A DNA stretch of 43,433 nt from Sphingomonas sp. (GTDB lineage: Bacteria; Pseudomonadota; Alphaproteobacteria; Sphingomonadales; Sphingomonadaceae): the NCBI GenBank assembly GCA_042096015.1, contig JBELMF010000001.1, forward strand, positions 1 to 43,433, in the 5' to 3' direction. This document shows positions 19,499-29,994 of this stretch, in pieces (position 1 is the first letter of the stretch; each line of letters begins with the position of its first letter). The notes under the pieces are model-generated. The model did not search any database and was not told the DNA's origin. It worked only from the letters and a program-made list of their open reading frames with translations. A program made the translations under genes and the position numbers.

Positions 19499-20905
19499 TC
19501 ACGCCGCCAGCTTGGCGTTCAGGATGCGCAGCTGGGTGAAGTCCTTCATCCCCTCGATCCCGTTCTGAAGGCCGATGCCCGATTCCTTTGCGCCCCCGAA
19601 GGGCACATCGAGCGGCAGGGCCATGTGCTGGTTCACCCAGATCGTCCCCGTCTCGATCCGGCCCGCGACCTCGATCCCGCGCCGCACGTCGCCCGTCCAG
19701 ATGGTGCCGCCGAGCCCGTACTCCACGTCGTTCGCCTGGGCGATGGCGTCGTCGAGATCGTCATAGACTTGGATCGGCAGCACCGGCCCGAACTGCTCCT
19801 CGCGCACGATACGGGCGTCATTGGGCAGACCGGTCACGATCGCCGGCGCGATGAAGTAGCCGTGGCCGGTCGGATCGCCGCCGCACAGGAACGTGCCGCC
19901 CTCCTCGCGGGCCGAGGCGATGTAGCCCAGCACCTTGTCATACTGCATCCTGTTCTGCAGCGGCCCCATGGTGGTCGCCGGGTCCATGCCGTCGCCCAGC
20001 ACCGCCGAGACGGCGCGCCTGGCCAACGCCGCGGCGAGATGATCCGCGATCGCCCGCGGGGCGTAGACCCGCTTGGTCGCGTAGCAGACCTGCCCGGCGT
20101 TGATGAACGCGGCGGCGTAGATCCGATCGGCCGCCCATTCCACGTCCACGTCGTCCAGCACGATCGCGGCATCGTTGCCGCCGAGTTCGAGGGTGAAGCG
20201 CTTCAGGGTGTCGGCCGCCGAGGTCAGCACCTTCTTTCCGGTCGGCGTCGAGCCCGTGAAGCTGACGTGCGCGACATCCGGGTGCCCGGAAAGGAGCGCT
20301 CCCAGGTCGTTCGCGTCCACCAGCGTCTGGAACACTCCGGCGGGGAAGATGTCCGTGGCGATCTCGCCGAGGATCAGCGTGGCGAGCGGCGTGGTCGGGG
20401 CGGGCTTGGCGATAACGGTGTTGCCGGTGATGAGCGCCGGTCCCAGCTTGAACGAGAGCAGCGTCATCGGACGGTTCCACGGCATAATCGCGACCACCAC
20501 GCCCTGCGGATAGTGCTGCTCGACGATCAGTTCGTGCCCGTTCTCCCGGATCACCCGGTCGTCGATGCGCTGCGAGGCGAAGTGACGGATGGCATCGGTC
20601 GCGCGGGCCACCTCGAAGCGGCAGTCGGAGATCGGCCCTCCGCGCTCGCGGGTCAGCGTCTCCGCGAGGCGCTCGGCATTCTGCGCCATCGCGTCGGCGA
20701 ACCGCTCGAGATACGGGCGGCGCCCGTCATAGCCGAGCGCCGCCCATCCCGCCTGCGCACGGCGGGCGGCCGCTATCGCCGCCTCCGCCTGCGTCACGCT
20801 GGCACGCGGAGCCTGGGCGAACGCCTCTGCGTTGGTCGGATCGATCACGTCCATCGAGTGGGCGCCATCGGTCAGCGCGCCGTCGATCAGCAGACGGTAG
20901 GTCAT
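19499..20905 (-). CDS. NAD(P)-dependent aldehyde dehydrogenase
   Basis: [24 protein letters not shown] (catalytic Cys), EEQFGP. Confidence 0.93.
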   Translation of the reverse strand: MTYRLLIDGALTDGAHSMDVIDPTNAEAFAQAPRASVTQAEAAIAAARRAQAGWAALGYDGRRPYLERFADAMAQNAERLAETLTRERGGPISDCRFEVARATDAIRHFASQRIDDRVIRENGHELIVEQHYPQGVVVAIMPWNRPMTLLSFKLGPALITGNTVIAKPAPTTPLATLILGEIATDIFPAGVFQTLVDANDLGALLSGHPDVAHVSFTGSTPTGKKVLTSAADTLKRFTLELGGNDAAIVLDDVDVEWAADRIYAAAFINAGQVCYATKRVYAPRAIADHLAAALARRAVSAVLGDGMDPATTMGPLQNRMQYDKVLGYIASAREEGGTFLCGGDPTGHGYFIAPAIVTGLPNDARIVREEQFGPVLPIQVYDDLDDAIAQANDVEYGLGGTIWTGDVRRGIEVAGRIETGTIWVNQHMALPLDVPFGGAKESGIGLQNGIEGMKDFTQLRILNAKLAA

Positions 20906-21786
20906 TGGTGGATCTCCTGTGATGCGAAGGACGACAGCGCCTGTGCGACGTCCTCCGGGTTCTCCTCGGCCAGCCAGTGGCCGGCTTCGGGAATGACGGT
21001 GACGGACACGTCCCGGGCGACCTCATCGAGCATAGGGCCGATGCGGTCCGCATAGCGTCCGCCGGCGCCCGCAAGCGCCAGCACGGGCATGGACAGGCGC
21101 CCCTGTGCCTCCTGCCAGCCGCGATTGTCGGCGGCGTCCCGGGCAAAGCTGCGGTAGAGTTCGAACCCGGCCCGCATGCCGCCCGGTTGCGAGAAGTGGC
21201 GCACGTAGTGGGCGAACGTCTCGGCCTCGATCGCCGAGGCATCGAACGTCATGTCGTGGTAGTAACGCTCCAGGTAGAGCGCCTCGCGACCCTGCGTCAG
21301 CGCCTCGGGCAGATCCGGTGCCTGGTGGAAGTGGAAGTGCCATACCCGGCTGCCATCGCGCGAGACCTCGTCGAACATGGCGGTTCCGGGGATGACAGAG
21401 TCGAGGATCGCCAGGCGCGGCGTCCGACCGGGGAACCGACGTGCGAAGGCGTAGGCGACCATCGCGCCGATGTCGTGACCAACCACGGCGGCCGGCGCAT
21501 CGATTCCAAGGCCGTCGAGCACGCCCGCCATGTCGCCGGCGAGCGTCGCCTTGTCGTAGCCGGACGGCGGACGCGAGGACCCGCCGGCGCCCCGCAGGTC
21601 CGGCATCACGAGCCGGAACCCGGCGGCGGTGAGCGGCGCGACCACCTTCCGCCATGCGATCGCCATCTCGGGATATCCGTGGATGAGCAGCAACGCCGGT
21701 CCGTCCGGCGGACCTGCGGTGAGGAAGTGGATGCGCGCACCCTTGATGTCGATGGCGGACGCACGGATCTCTGCGGTGAACGTCAT
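20902..21786 (-). CDS. Alpha/beta hydrolase, epoxide hydrolase/haloacetate dehalogenase-like
   Basis: HGYP, DLRGAGGS, GHDIG (Asp nucleophile), WHFHFH, AGHWLAEE. Start ATG 21786. Confidence 0.88.
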   Translation of the reverse strand: MTFTAEIRASAIDIKGARIHFLTAGPPDGPALLLIHGYPEMAIAWRKVVAPLTAAGFRLVMPDLRGAGGSSRPPSGYDKATLAGDMAGVLDGLGIDAPAAVVGHDIGAMVAYAFARRFPGRTPRLAILDSVIPGTAMFDEVSRDGSRVWHFHFHQAPDLPEALTQGREALYLERYYHDMTFDASAIEAETFAHYVRHFSQPGGMRAGFELYRSFARDAADNRGWQEAQGRLSMPVLALAGAGGRYADRIGPMLDEVARDVSVTVIPEAGHWLAEENPEDVAQALSSFASQEIHQ

Positions 21787-21793
21787 TTGACCC

Positions 21794-22426
21794 TCATGGC
21801 TGCGGAATGGGATCGGGAAGGCTGACGCGTCCGTGCCCCTCGACCCGCAGCGCATCGTGGACCGATGGCCGCGAGCTCACGAGCCGGAGCAGCGCGGCGG
21901 TGCGCGGATAGGGGTCGAGCGGGATGCCGAAGTAGTGGGTCCAGCTGGCGATCACGAACAGGTAGGCATCCGCCGCGGTGAAGACGTCGCCGGTGAGGTA
22001 GGGTCCCACCATGTCCTGCTCGACAAAGGCCAGTCGGCCGTTGATGCGGCCGAGCACCAGCGCCCGCATCTGCTCGTCGATCGACCAGTTCAGGGGGATG
22101 AAGCTCTTGTGCAGCTCGGCGGCGACGAAGCTCTGCCACTCCATCACGCGGAAGCGCGCAAGCGTCCCCGCCGCGGGCATCAGGTCCTCGCGCCCGGCAC
22201 GGTCGCAGACGTACTGTGCGATCACCAGGTTCTCGGTCAGGTGCGCGCCGTCGTCCAGCTCCAGCAGCGGAACCATGCCCCTGGGCGCGACCGCACGGTA
22301 GTCGCCGCCGTCCGGCCGCCGCTTGGCGGTCACGTCAACTACCTCAAGGTCGAACGGCGCGCCGATCTCGCGCAGCAGGATGTGCACCGAGAGCGAGCTC
22401 GCGCCCGGATGGGTGTAGAGCTTCAC
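21794..22426 (-). CDS. Glutathione S-transferase (beta-class-like)
   Basis: KLYTHPGASSLSVHILLRE, GMVPLLEL, LTENLVIAQY, AELHKSF, FTAADAYLF. Confidence 0.9.
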   Translation of the reverse strand: MKLYTHPGASSLSVHILLREIGAPFDLEVVDVTAKRRPDGGDYRAVAPRGMVPLLELDDGAHLTENLVIAQYVCDRAGREDLMPAAGTLARFRVMEWQSFVAAELHKSFIPLNWSIDEQMRALVLGRINGRLAFVEQDMVGPYLTGDVFTAADAYLFVIASWTHYFGIPLDPYPRTAALLRLVSSRPSVHDALRVEGHGRVSLPDPIPQP

Positions 22427-22439
22427 GGCGATCGTCCCG

Positions 22440-23534
22440 TCAGAACGAGGTGACGACCGAGCGGGCGATCGCGCCGTGCTTCAGGTCCTCATAGGCCTCG
22501 TTGATCTGCGAGATGTTCACCTCGCGGGAGACCAGGTCGTCAAGATTGAAGCGGCCCTGCAGGTAGAGGTCCGCATACATGGGGATGTCGTGCTTGATGT
22601 TGCTCGACCCCATGAACACGCCGCGTAGCTCGACCTGACGGACGATCACGTCGAGACCGGCGACCGGGAAGGTCTGGCCCGGACGGTGCAGCCCGATCAG
22701 GTAGGCGGCGCCACCCGGCCTCACCACCTGGACCGCGAGCTCCGACGTCACCGGCAGGCCGATCACCTCGAAGGCGTGATCGGCACCGCGCGGGAGGATC
22801 GCCTTCACGGCCGCGACCGCGTCGCCCGCGCCGGAGTCGATGAAGTCCGTCGCGCCGAACTTGCGCGCCAGCTCCTCCTTCGCCGGCTGGTTGTCGATGG
22901 CGATGATGTGCGCCGCGCCGGCGAGCTTCGCACCCGCGATGGCGTTGAGCCCGACGCCGCCGATGCCGATCACGACCACCGTGTCCCCCGGCTTGAGGTC
23001 GGCCGAGTTGATCGCCGCACCGGCGCCCGTGATCACGCCGCAGCCGAGGATCGACGCCTGCGGGAACGGGATGGCGTCCGGCACCTTCACAAGCTGGTTC
23101 TCGTGCACCAGCGTCTGCTCGGCGAACGCGGCGGTGCCCCAGCCGGTGTAGACCGGCTGTTCGTCGGACACGCGGGTGAGGCGCTGCCCCTCGTCGGCGG
23201 GCCGCATCGTCTCCTCCGGGTGCTCGCACTGGTAGGTGCGACCGGACAGGCAGGACACGCAGTGCCCGCAGAACTGGACGAGCGAACCGACGACGTGGTC
23301 GCCGACCTTCAGCTCCCGGACGTCGGGTCCGATGGCGCGGACCACGCCCGCCAGCTCGTGGCCGAGCACCGCGGGAAGCGGCGTTCCGTAGTCGGCCTCG
23401 GCCAGATGCAGGTCCGAGTGGCACAGGCCGCAGGCCTTCACGTCCACGAGCACCTCGCGCCCCTTCGGCGCGTCGATGCGCACCTCCTCGATGTCAAACC
23501 GCCCCTCGTTCGCGTTCAGCACTGCTGCCTTCAT
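22440..23534 (-). CDS. Zn-dependent alcohol dehydrogenase (class III/aryl-alcohol-like)
   Basis: GLCHSD, GHE, CGHCVSC..C, LGCGVITG, GIGGVG. Start MKAAVL at 23534. Confidence 0.92.
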   Translation of the reverse strand: MKAAVLNANEGRFDIEEVRIDAPKGREVLVDVKACGLCHSDLHLAEADYGTPLPAVLGHELAGVVRAIGPDVRELKVGDHVVGSLVQFCGHCVSCLSGRTYQCEHPEETMRPADEGQRLTRVSDEQPVYTGWGTAAFAEQTLVHENQLVKVPDAIPFPQASILGCGVITGAGAAINSADLKPGDTVVVIGIGGVGLNAIAGAKLAGAAHIIAIDNQPAKEELARKFGATDFIDSGAGDAVAAVKAILPRGADHAFEVIGLPVTSELAVQVVRPGGAAYLIGLHRPGQTFPVAGLDVIVRQVELRGVFMGSSNIKHDIPMYADLYLQGRFNLDDLVSREVNISQINEAYEDLKHGAIARSVVTSF

Positions 23535-23619
23535 GCCATCTCGTCCCTGATCGGATCGGCACACCGGGGGGGTGGCCGCGTCAGGCTCCGAAGATGACGT
23601 TCCCGCCGGAACGGGGTAG

Positions 23620-23635
23620 CCCTACCCCGGTATGG
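23620..23635. promoter_or_regulatory. Palindromic operator candidate CCCTAC-CCCG-GTATGG
   Basis: Motif copy in the divergent ADH/response regulator promoter. Confidence 0.6.
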
Positions 23636-23676
23636 CGGCGGCGGCATCGGGTATGCCGTCGTCCGGCGGATCCGCC

Positions 23677-23692
23677 CCATACCGAAGTATGC
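23677..23692. promoter_or_regulatory. Palindromic operator candidate CCATAC-CGAA-GTATGC
   Basis: Second motif copy upstream of the response regulator. Confidence 0.62.
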
Positions 23693-23740
23693 TGTCACTC
23701 GGATCGTTTCGGTGGCATCCCGTGGGCTTGGAGGAGCATC

Positions 23741-24412
23741 ATGCTAGCACTGCGCAGGGAGGCCGCGTTGTCGACACAGCCGAAGACGGCCGCCCCCGGC
23801 GGCGGAGCAGATGTGCCGACCGTGCTCGTGGTCGACGACGATCCCGACATCCGTGCCAGCCTCACCGACATGTTCGACTCCGTGGGCATGCGGACGAAGG
23901 TCTACGCCGCGACCGCCGACATGCTCAACGACACGCTGCCGGAGGGGCCGAGCTGCCTCGTGCTGGACCTCCGCCTGCCGGGTTCGAGCGGCCTGGAGCT
24001 CCAGACCCAGCTGGCGAGCCGAGGGATCGACATCCCCATCATCTTCATCACCGGCCATGCCGACGTGCCGACCTCGGTCCGCGCGATGAAGGCGGGTGCG
24101 CTCGACTTCCTCTCCAAGCCGTTCCGGGAACAGGAGCTGCTGGATGCCGTCGCCGACGCTCTGCGGCGAGACGGCGACCGCCGCCAGGCGCATCGCGAGC
24201 GGGACACCGTGCGCCTTCTCGCGCAGCAGCTGACGGTGCGCGAGACCGACGTCCTGAAGGGTGTGGCCCGCGGCCTCCTCAACAAGCAGATCGCCTTCGA
24301 GCTCGGCATCACCGAGGTGACGGTCAAGATGCACCGTTCGAGCGCCGGGCGTAAGCTGAAGTCCGTCTCCGTCGCCGACATGATCCGGAAGATCGAGCTT
24401 CTCGACCTCTGA
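23741..24412 (+). CDS. FixJ/NodW/StyR-type response regulator (REC + LuxR HTH)
   Basis: VVDDD, CLVLDLRLPGSSG, FITGHADVPTSVRAMKAGA, GLLNKQIAFELGITEVTVKMHR. Start is ATG 23741 or TTG 23768. Confidence 0.93.
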   Translation: MLALRREAALSTQPKTAAPGGGADVPTVLVVDDDPDIRASLTDMFDSVGMRTKVYAATADMLNDTLPEGPSCLVLDLRLPGSSGLELQTQLASRGIDIPIIFITGHADVPTSVRAMKAGALDFLSKPFREQELLDAVADALRRDGDRRQAHRERDTVRLLAQQLTVRETDVLKGVARGLLNKQIAFELGITEVTVKMHRSSAGRKLKSVSVADMIRKIELLDL

Positions 24413-24534
24413 GCGCCGGGCGGGGACAGCCGCGTCCCCGCGTCCGTGCAGCGACGCCGCGCCCGAGAGGCGCCCGGAGTTTCCGGCTGCGATCGTCCGT
24501 CCGCCCCTGGTCCCCCTCCCAACGTCACGCCTCC

Positions 24535-24550
24535 CCATACCGCGGTATGT
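24535..24550. promoter_or_regulatory. Palindromic operator candidate CCATAC-CGCG-GTATGT
   Basis: Motif copy about 50 bp upstream of the 2Fe-2S subunit start. Confidence 0.62.
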
Positions 24551-24601
24551 CTGTGCTGCGCTCGCCGCCTGCTCCACCGTTCCGGGCGCTGGGAGGAAGG
24601 C

Positions 24602-25057
24602 ATGGTTGCGATCACGGTCAATGGACAACGACGAGAGACCGAGGTGGACGGCGACACGCCGCTCCTGTGGGTGCTCCGCGACGCGCTGGGGATGACCGGT
24701 ACGAAGTTCGGCTGCGGCATCGCCCAGTGCGGTGCCTGCACCGTGCATGTCGACGGCGTCGCCGTCCGATCCTGCCGTCTGCCGCTGAGCGCCATCGGCG
24801 ACCGGGCGATCACGACGATCGAAGGCGTGGGCGGATCCGACGTCGGTTCGCGGGTGCAACGGGCGTGGCTCGACCTGGAGGTCATCCAGTGCGGCTACTG
24901 CCAGTCGGGCCAGATCATGGCGGCGGCTGCGCTCCTGGCGGCGAACCCGGCGCCGGACGATGCAGCCATCGACGCTGCGATGTCGGGGAACATCTGCCGC
25001 TGCGGCACCTACGTGCGCATCCGCGAAGGCATCAAGCGGGCCGCCACCCGTGGCTAA
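24602..25057 (+). CDS. (2Fe-2S)-binding small subunit of an IorA/CoxS-like molybdo-enzyme
   Basis: [47 protein letters not shown]. Confidence 0.93.
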   Translation: MVAITVNGQRRETEVDGDTPLLWVLRDALGMTGTKFGCGIAQCGACTVHVDGVAVRSCRLPLSAIGDRAITTIEGVGGSDVGSRVQRAWLDLEVIQCGYCQSGQIMAAAALLAANPAPDDAAIDAAMSGNICRCGTYVRIREGIKRAATRG

Positions 25058-27206
25058 GGCCGCGCTCACCCGCCGCGACGCGCTACGCGCCGGTGCGATC
25101 GGCGGGGCCATGCTCCTCCTGGGCGTCAACCTGCGGACCGCCAGCATCGCCGCGGTGCCGGATCCGTCACGCGCGGCCTTCGCCCCGGACGCCTTCATCC
25201 GCATCGCGCGCGACGGCCGGGCCACGCTCATCATGCCGCAGACCGAGATGGGCCAGGGGATCTACACGGGCCTGTCGATGCTGATCGCCGAGGAGCTGGA
25301 CCTGCCGCTCGAAGGCGTGACGTTGGAGGCCGCCCCGGCCAGCGATGCCCTCTACGGCAATCCGGTCTTCAAGGTGCAGGCGACCGGCGGCTCCACATCG
25401 ATGCGCGGCTATTGGCTGCCCCTGCGCACTGCCGGCGCCAGTGCGAGGGCGATGCTGGTGTCCGCCGCCGCGCGGCGCTGGCGCGTCGATCCGGCCACCT
25501 GCCGCACGCGAGGAGGCGAGGTCATCCACGACGCGAGCGGGCGTCGCGCGGGATACGGATCCCTCGCCGCCGCCGCGATGCGCGAGACGCCGCCCGCCAA
25601 GCCCGAGCTCAAGAGCCCTCAGCAGTTCCGCCTGATCGGCCGCTCCCAACATCGCCTGGACACGCCAGCGAAGACGGACGGATCGCTCCGCTACGGCATC
25701 GACGCCATGCCCGAGGGGGTCCGTTTCGCCAGCCTCCTGTGCGCGCCGGTCACCGGCGGCAAGGTTGCTAAGGTGGACGACACGCAGGCGCGCGGTCTTC
25801 CCGGCGTGCGGCAGGTCATCGTCCTCGATGATCTCGTCGCGGTCGTCGGCGAGACGAGCTGGGCGGCGATGCGCGCGCTGGCGGCGCTGGAGGTTGAGTG
25901 GCACGATGGCGCGTTCGGCGCCCTCTCCACCCGGACCTTGCGCGACGCGCTCCAGGATGCGGGTCGTTCCGAAGGCACGGTCGCCGTGGACACCGGCGCC
26001 GGGCCGAAGCTGGACGGCGACGACGTCCTGACCGAGTTCTACGAACTGCCACTCCTCGCGCACGCGCCGATGGAGCCGATGAACTGCACGGTCCACGTCA
26101 CGCCGGGACGTTGCGAGGTCTGGGTCGGCACGCAGGTCATGACCATGGCGCAGCGCGCCGCCGCCGAGGAGGCTGGCCTCGCGCCCGAGCAGGTCATCGT
26201 CCACAACCATCTGATCGGCGGCGGCTTCGGCCGCCGGCTGGAGGTCGATGGCATCCGCAAGGCCGTCCGCATCGCCGCCCATGTCGATGGCCCGGTGAAG
26301 GTCGTCTGGTCGCGCGAGGAGGACATCGCCCGCGCGCCCTACCGCTCGGTCTACGGCTCCTGGATGCGCGCGCGGGTGGAGGACGGCAAGCCCGTCGCCT
26401 GGGGGCACAAGGTCGCAGGACCCACGGTCGTCGGCCGCTGGCTGCCGCCCGCCTTCGACGGGAAGATCGACATGGACGCGGTCGACGGCGCTGCCGAGAC
26501 GCCATACGACTTCCCCGCATCCTACGTCACTTGGGTGCGCCACGAACCGCGCGGGATCACCACTGCGTTCTGGCGCGGCGTCGGTCCGAACATGAACGTC
26601 TTTGCGACCGAGAGCTTCGTCGACCGCGTCGCACGCGAAGCCGGTCGCGAACCGCTAGAGTTCCGCCGCAGCCTGATCGGCAAGCACCAGCGCGCCCGCG
26701 CGGTGCTCGACATCGCGGCAGCCAAGGCCGATTGGGGTGCCCCGCTGCCGCCGCGGCACGGCCGCGGGATCAGCCTGCAATACGCCTTCGGCACCTACCT
26801 CTGCACCGTCGCTGAGGTCGCGGTCGGCGATGACGGCGCTGTGCGGGTGCTGCGCATGACGACAGCCGTGGACTGCGGCACGCCCGTCAACCCCGACGGC
26901 ATCGTCTCGCAGATCCAGGGCGGACTCGTCTTCGGTCTCTCGGCGGCGCTGCACGGCCGGATCACGATCGCGAACGGCCGGACGGAGCAGAGTAACTTCC
27001 ACGACTATCGCGTCGTCCGCATGGACGAGGCGCCGAGGATCGAGGTCCATGTCGTCCGTAACGCGGAGGTCCCCGGCGGCATCGGCGAACCCGGCACCGT
27101 CTCGGTCCAGGCCGCCGTCGCGAACGCGATCTACGCCGCCACGGGCGTGCACCTCACCCGGATGCCGATCGACACCGCCCTGCTCGCCAAGGGAGCCGAC
27201 GCATGA
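25050..27206 (+). CDS. Molybdopterin-binding large subunit (IorB/aldehyde oxidoreductase-like) with twin-arginine-like N-terminus
   Basis: GTG start overlapping the upstream gene. [42 protein letters not shown]. Confidence 0.9.
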   Translation: MAKAALTRRDALRAGAIGGAMLLLGVNLRTASIAAVPDPSRAAFAPDAFIRIARDGRATLIMPQTEMGQGIYTGLSMLIAEELDLPLEGVTLEAAPASDALYGNPVFKVQATGGSTSMRGYWLPLRTAGASARAMLVSAAARRWRVDPATCRTRGGEVIHDASGRRAGYGSLAAAAMRETPPAKPELKSPQQFRLIGRSQHRLDTPAKTDGSLRYGIDAMPEGVRFASLLCAPVTGGKVAKVDDTQARGLPGVRQVIVLDDLVAVVGETSWAAMRALAALEVEWHDGAFGALSTRTLRDALQDAGRSEGTVAVDTGAGPKLDGDDVLTEFYELPLLAHAPMEPMNCTVHVTPGRCEVWVGTQVMTMAQRAAAEEAGLAPEQVIVHNHLIGGGFGRRLEVDGIRKAVRIAAHVDGPVKVVWSREEDIARAPYRSVYGSWMRARVEDGKPVAWGHKVAGPTVVGRWLPPAFDGKIDMDAVDGAAETPYDFPASYVTWVRHEPRGITTAFWRGVGPNMNVFATESFVDRVAREAGREPLEFRRSLIGKHQRARAVLDIAAAKADWGAPLPPRHGRGISLQYAFGTYLCTVAEVAVGDDGAVRVLRMTTAVDCGTPVNPDGIVSQIQGGLVFGLSAALHGRITIANGRTEQSNFHDYRVVRMDEAPRIEVHVVRNAEVPGGIGEPGTVSVQAAVANAIYAATGVHLTRMPIDTALLAKGADA

Positions 27207-28537
27207 CCCGGCCGGGTTCGAGCCGGCTGGCCTTCCTCGCCGCCGCGCTCGTCTTCGGCGGCGTGCTCGCCTGGCGGCTCCTGCTCCTGCCCGACGCCCT
27301 GGCGTTCGCAGGGGGGACCCGCGTCGCGCTCGCGGACTATGCCGGCCCGCCGGTCGGCGGCGTTCCGCAGGAACTCGCCGGCGCGGACCCGCTCACCAAG
27401 GGGCGCTACCTCACCGAAGCCGCGGACTGCGCCGCCTGCCACACGGCGAAGGGTGGCCGGCCGTTCGCCGGAGGGCGGCCGTTCAAGCTCCCGTTCGGCA
27501 CCATCTACACGCCGAACATCACACCCGACCGGGTCACCGGCATCGGCGCCTGGACCGACGCCGAGTTCCTCCGTGCGGTGCACAACGGGATCAGGCGCGG
27601 CGGGGAGCGGCTCTATCCGGCCTTCCCCTACGCCTCCTACACGTTGCTGACCGACGACGACGTCCTGTCCATCCGGCGCTACCTCGCATCGCTGCCGGCG
27701 GTGAGTCAGCGCAACCTGCCGAACACCTTCGCCTTTCCGTTCAACCAGCGCTGGCTGATGTCGGTGTGGGGCGCCTTCTTCAATCCGGGCAAGCGCTTCG
27801 AGCCGATTGCGGAACGCAGCCCGACCTGGAATCGCGGCGCCTACCTCGTGGAGGCCGCCGGCCACTGCGGCGAGTGCCACACCCCGCGCACGCTGATGCA
27901 GGCGATGGATACGCGCCGCAAGTTCGCCGGCGGCCAGGCCGAGGGCTGGAACGCCTACAACATCACCGGAGACCGTCTCAGCGGCATTGGCGAATGGTCG
28001 GACGCGGAAGTCGCGCAGTATCTCGCCAAGGGACACGCGCCCGGTCGCGGCGTCGCCTCCGGACCGATGGCCGAGGCGGTCGAGCTCAGCACCAGCAGGA
28101 TGTCGCCATCGGACATCCAGGCGATGGTCGCCTACCTGCGCACCGTCCCCGCTGTCCGGACCAAGGCATCGCCGAAGATGGCGGGCCCCGCACCGGCGGT
28201 CGCCTCGGCGGGCCCGATGGGCAACGAGCTGGGCAAGCGCATCTTCGAGGGCGCCTGCGCGAGCTGCCACGCCTGGAGCGGACGCGGCGCGATCACCGCC
28301 GACCAGCAGCTGACGGGCAACCGCGCGGTCAACGACGCGACGGCGGCGAACGTCGCCATGATGATCCTGAACGGCACCGGCGGCTCGCCCGAACATGCCA
28401 GAGCCTACATGCCTGCCTTCCGCGGCGCCTATACCGACGCGGAGATCGCGGCCGTCGCCAACTACATCACCGCCCGCTTCGGGGCGAAGCCCTCACGCGT
28501 GACCGCCGCCCACGTCAAGCGGATGCGCGAGGAATGA
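27203..28537 (+). CDS. Tri-heme cytochrome c subunit (membrane-bound dehydrogenase type)
   Basis: Three CxxCH motifs (CAACH, CGECH, CASCH), N-terminal hydrophobic anchor, YTPNITPD, LYPAFPY. Confidence 0.92.
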   Translation: MTRPGSSRLAFLAAALVFGGVLAWRLLLLPDALAFAGGTRVALADYAGPPVGGVPQELAGADPLTKGRYLTEAADCAACHTAKGGRPFAGGRPFKLPFGTIYTPNITPDRVTGIGAWTDAEFLRAVHNGIRRGGERLYPAFPYASYTLLTDDDVLSIRRYLASLPAVSQRNLPNTFAFPFNQRWLMSVWGAFFNPGKRFEPIAERSPTWNRGAYLVEAAGHCGECHTPRTLMQAMDTRRKFAGGQAEGWNAYNITGDRLSGIGEWSDAEVAQYLAKGHAPGRGVASGPMAEAVELSTSRMSPSDIQAMVAYLRTVPAVRTKASPKMAGPAPAVASAGPMGNELGKRIFEGACASCHAWSGRGAITADQQLTGNRAVNDATAANVAMMILNGTGGSPEHARAYMPAFRGAYTDAEIAAVANYITARFGAKPSRVTAAHVKRMREE

Positions 28538-28559
28538 TCCAAGAGAAGGAGTACCACCG

Positions 28560-28907
28560 ATGCACATGATGGACTGGAACGGATATCGCGACCAGGTTCT
28601 TGCCGGCGTGGGCGGCCTCGGCAAACTGACCCCTGACACCACCCGCGGCTATGCGACGCTGAGCGGCGCGGGCGCGAAGACGGGACACCTCGACGCGAAG
28701 ACCCGCGAGCTGATCGCGATCGCCTGCGCGATCACCCTGCGGTGCGACGGGTGCATCACCGTGCACACGAAGGCGGCACGCGATGCGGGTGCCACCGAGG
28801 AGGAGCTCGCCGAGGCGCTGGGCGTCGCCATCGCCCTCAACGCCGGCGCGGGCCTTGTCTATTCCACCCGCGCGATGGACGCCTTCTCGGCGTCCGGCGA
28901 ACTCTGA
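28560..28907 (+). CDS. Carboxymuconolactone decarboxylase/AhpD-like protein
   Basis: LDAKTRELIAIACAITLRCDGCITVH. RBS AAGGAG. Confidence 0.88.
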   Translation: MHMMDWNGYRDQVLAGVGGLGKLTPDTTRGYATLSGAGAKTGHLDAKTRELIAIACAITLRCDGCITVHTKAARDAGATEEELAEALGVAIALNAGAGLVYSTRAMDAFSASGEL

Positions 28908-28922
28908 CAGGAGCCTCCCCAG

Positions 28923-29789
28923 ATGAAGAACTGGCTCGTCACCGGCAGTTCCAAGGGACTTGGCCGCGCCATCGTCGAGCGCGCTCTGGCGGCGGGGGAA
29001 AACGTCTTCGCCACCGCGCGCGACGAACGCTCTCTGTACGATCTCGCCAGCATCCATCCCGGCAGGCTTCGCGTCGGCCGGCTGGATGTCACCGATGCCG
29101 CCCAGGCCCAATCCTGCGTCGCCGCGGCAATCGACGCGTTCGGCAGGCTCGACGTGCTCGTGAACAACGCCGGCTACGGCCTCATCGCACCGTTCGAACA
29201 GACGACCGATTTGAGCTTCCGCGATCAGATCGAGACCAACCTGTTCGGTGTGGTGAATCTCACCCGAGCGGCCCTGCCCGCCATGCGGAAGCAGCGTGCC
29301 GGCCACATCATAAACGTGTCGTCGGTCGGCGGGCGTGCCGGCGCGCCGGGGTTGAGCGCCTATCAGGCTGCCAAATGGGCCGTCGGTGGGTTCACGGAGT
29401 CGGTGTCCCAGGAGATCGCCGCTTTCGGCGTCCACATGGTGTCGCTGGAACCCGGCGGCATGCGAACGGACTGGGGCGCGACCGCCAACGGGGCGGCGAT
29501 TGACCTCCTGCCCGACTATGCGCCGTCCGTCGGAGCCTTCCTCGACATGATGCCCCGATTCGTCGGGAACGAAGTCGGAGATCCCGCCAAGATCGCAAAG
29601 GTCATCCTCGATCTGACGCGCCGGAATGATCTGCCCGCCCATCTGGTGCTCGGCAGCGATGCACTGCACGTGCTCGCGATCGCCGAGGAGGCTCGTCGCA
29701 AGGCGGCCGACGAATGGGTCGCGGTCAGCCGATCGACCGATTTTGATAAAAGCGACATATCCTATCTGGAAGGCAGCCGCTCCAACTGA
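28923..29789 (+). CDS. SDR family oxidoreductase
   Basis: TGSSKGLG, NNAGYG, SSVGG, YQAAK. Confidence 0.92.
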   Translation: MKNWLVTGSSKGLGRAIVERALAAGENVFATARDERSLYDLASIHPGRLRVGRLDVTDAAQAQSCVAAAIDAFGRLDVLVNNAGYGLIAPFEQTTDLSFRDQIETNLFGVVNLTRAALPAMRKQRAGHIINVSSVGGRAGAPGLSAYQAAKWAVGGFTESVSQEIAAFGVHMVSLEPGGMRTDWGATANGAAIDLLPDYAPSVGAFLDMMPRFVGNEVGDPAKIAKVILDLTRRNDLPAHLVLGSDALHVLAIAEEARRKAADEWVAVSRSTDFDKSDISYLEGSRSN

Positions 29790-29994
29790 GGCTTGGCGGG
29801 CGTCGCCCAGCGCCCGTCGCGCGACCAAGAGGGTTGCTGCCCGTGACCTCTCCGGTCCCGTTCGAGCGCTAAGCCCCGCCAGCGCCCGCGCACGCCGGGC
29901 TCGTCCACCCGACACTCGCGACGGATGCGTTCGCCGCATCGGCGGAAGGCTGACCGACGACGGCGGCCGGAGCGACAGCCCCGGCCGCCAGTGC

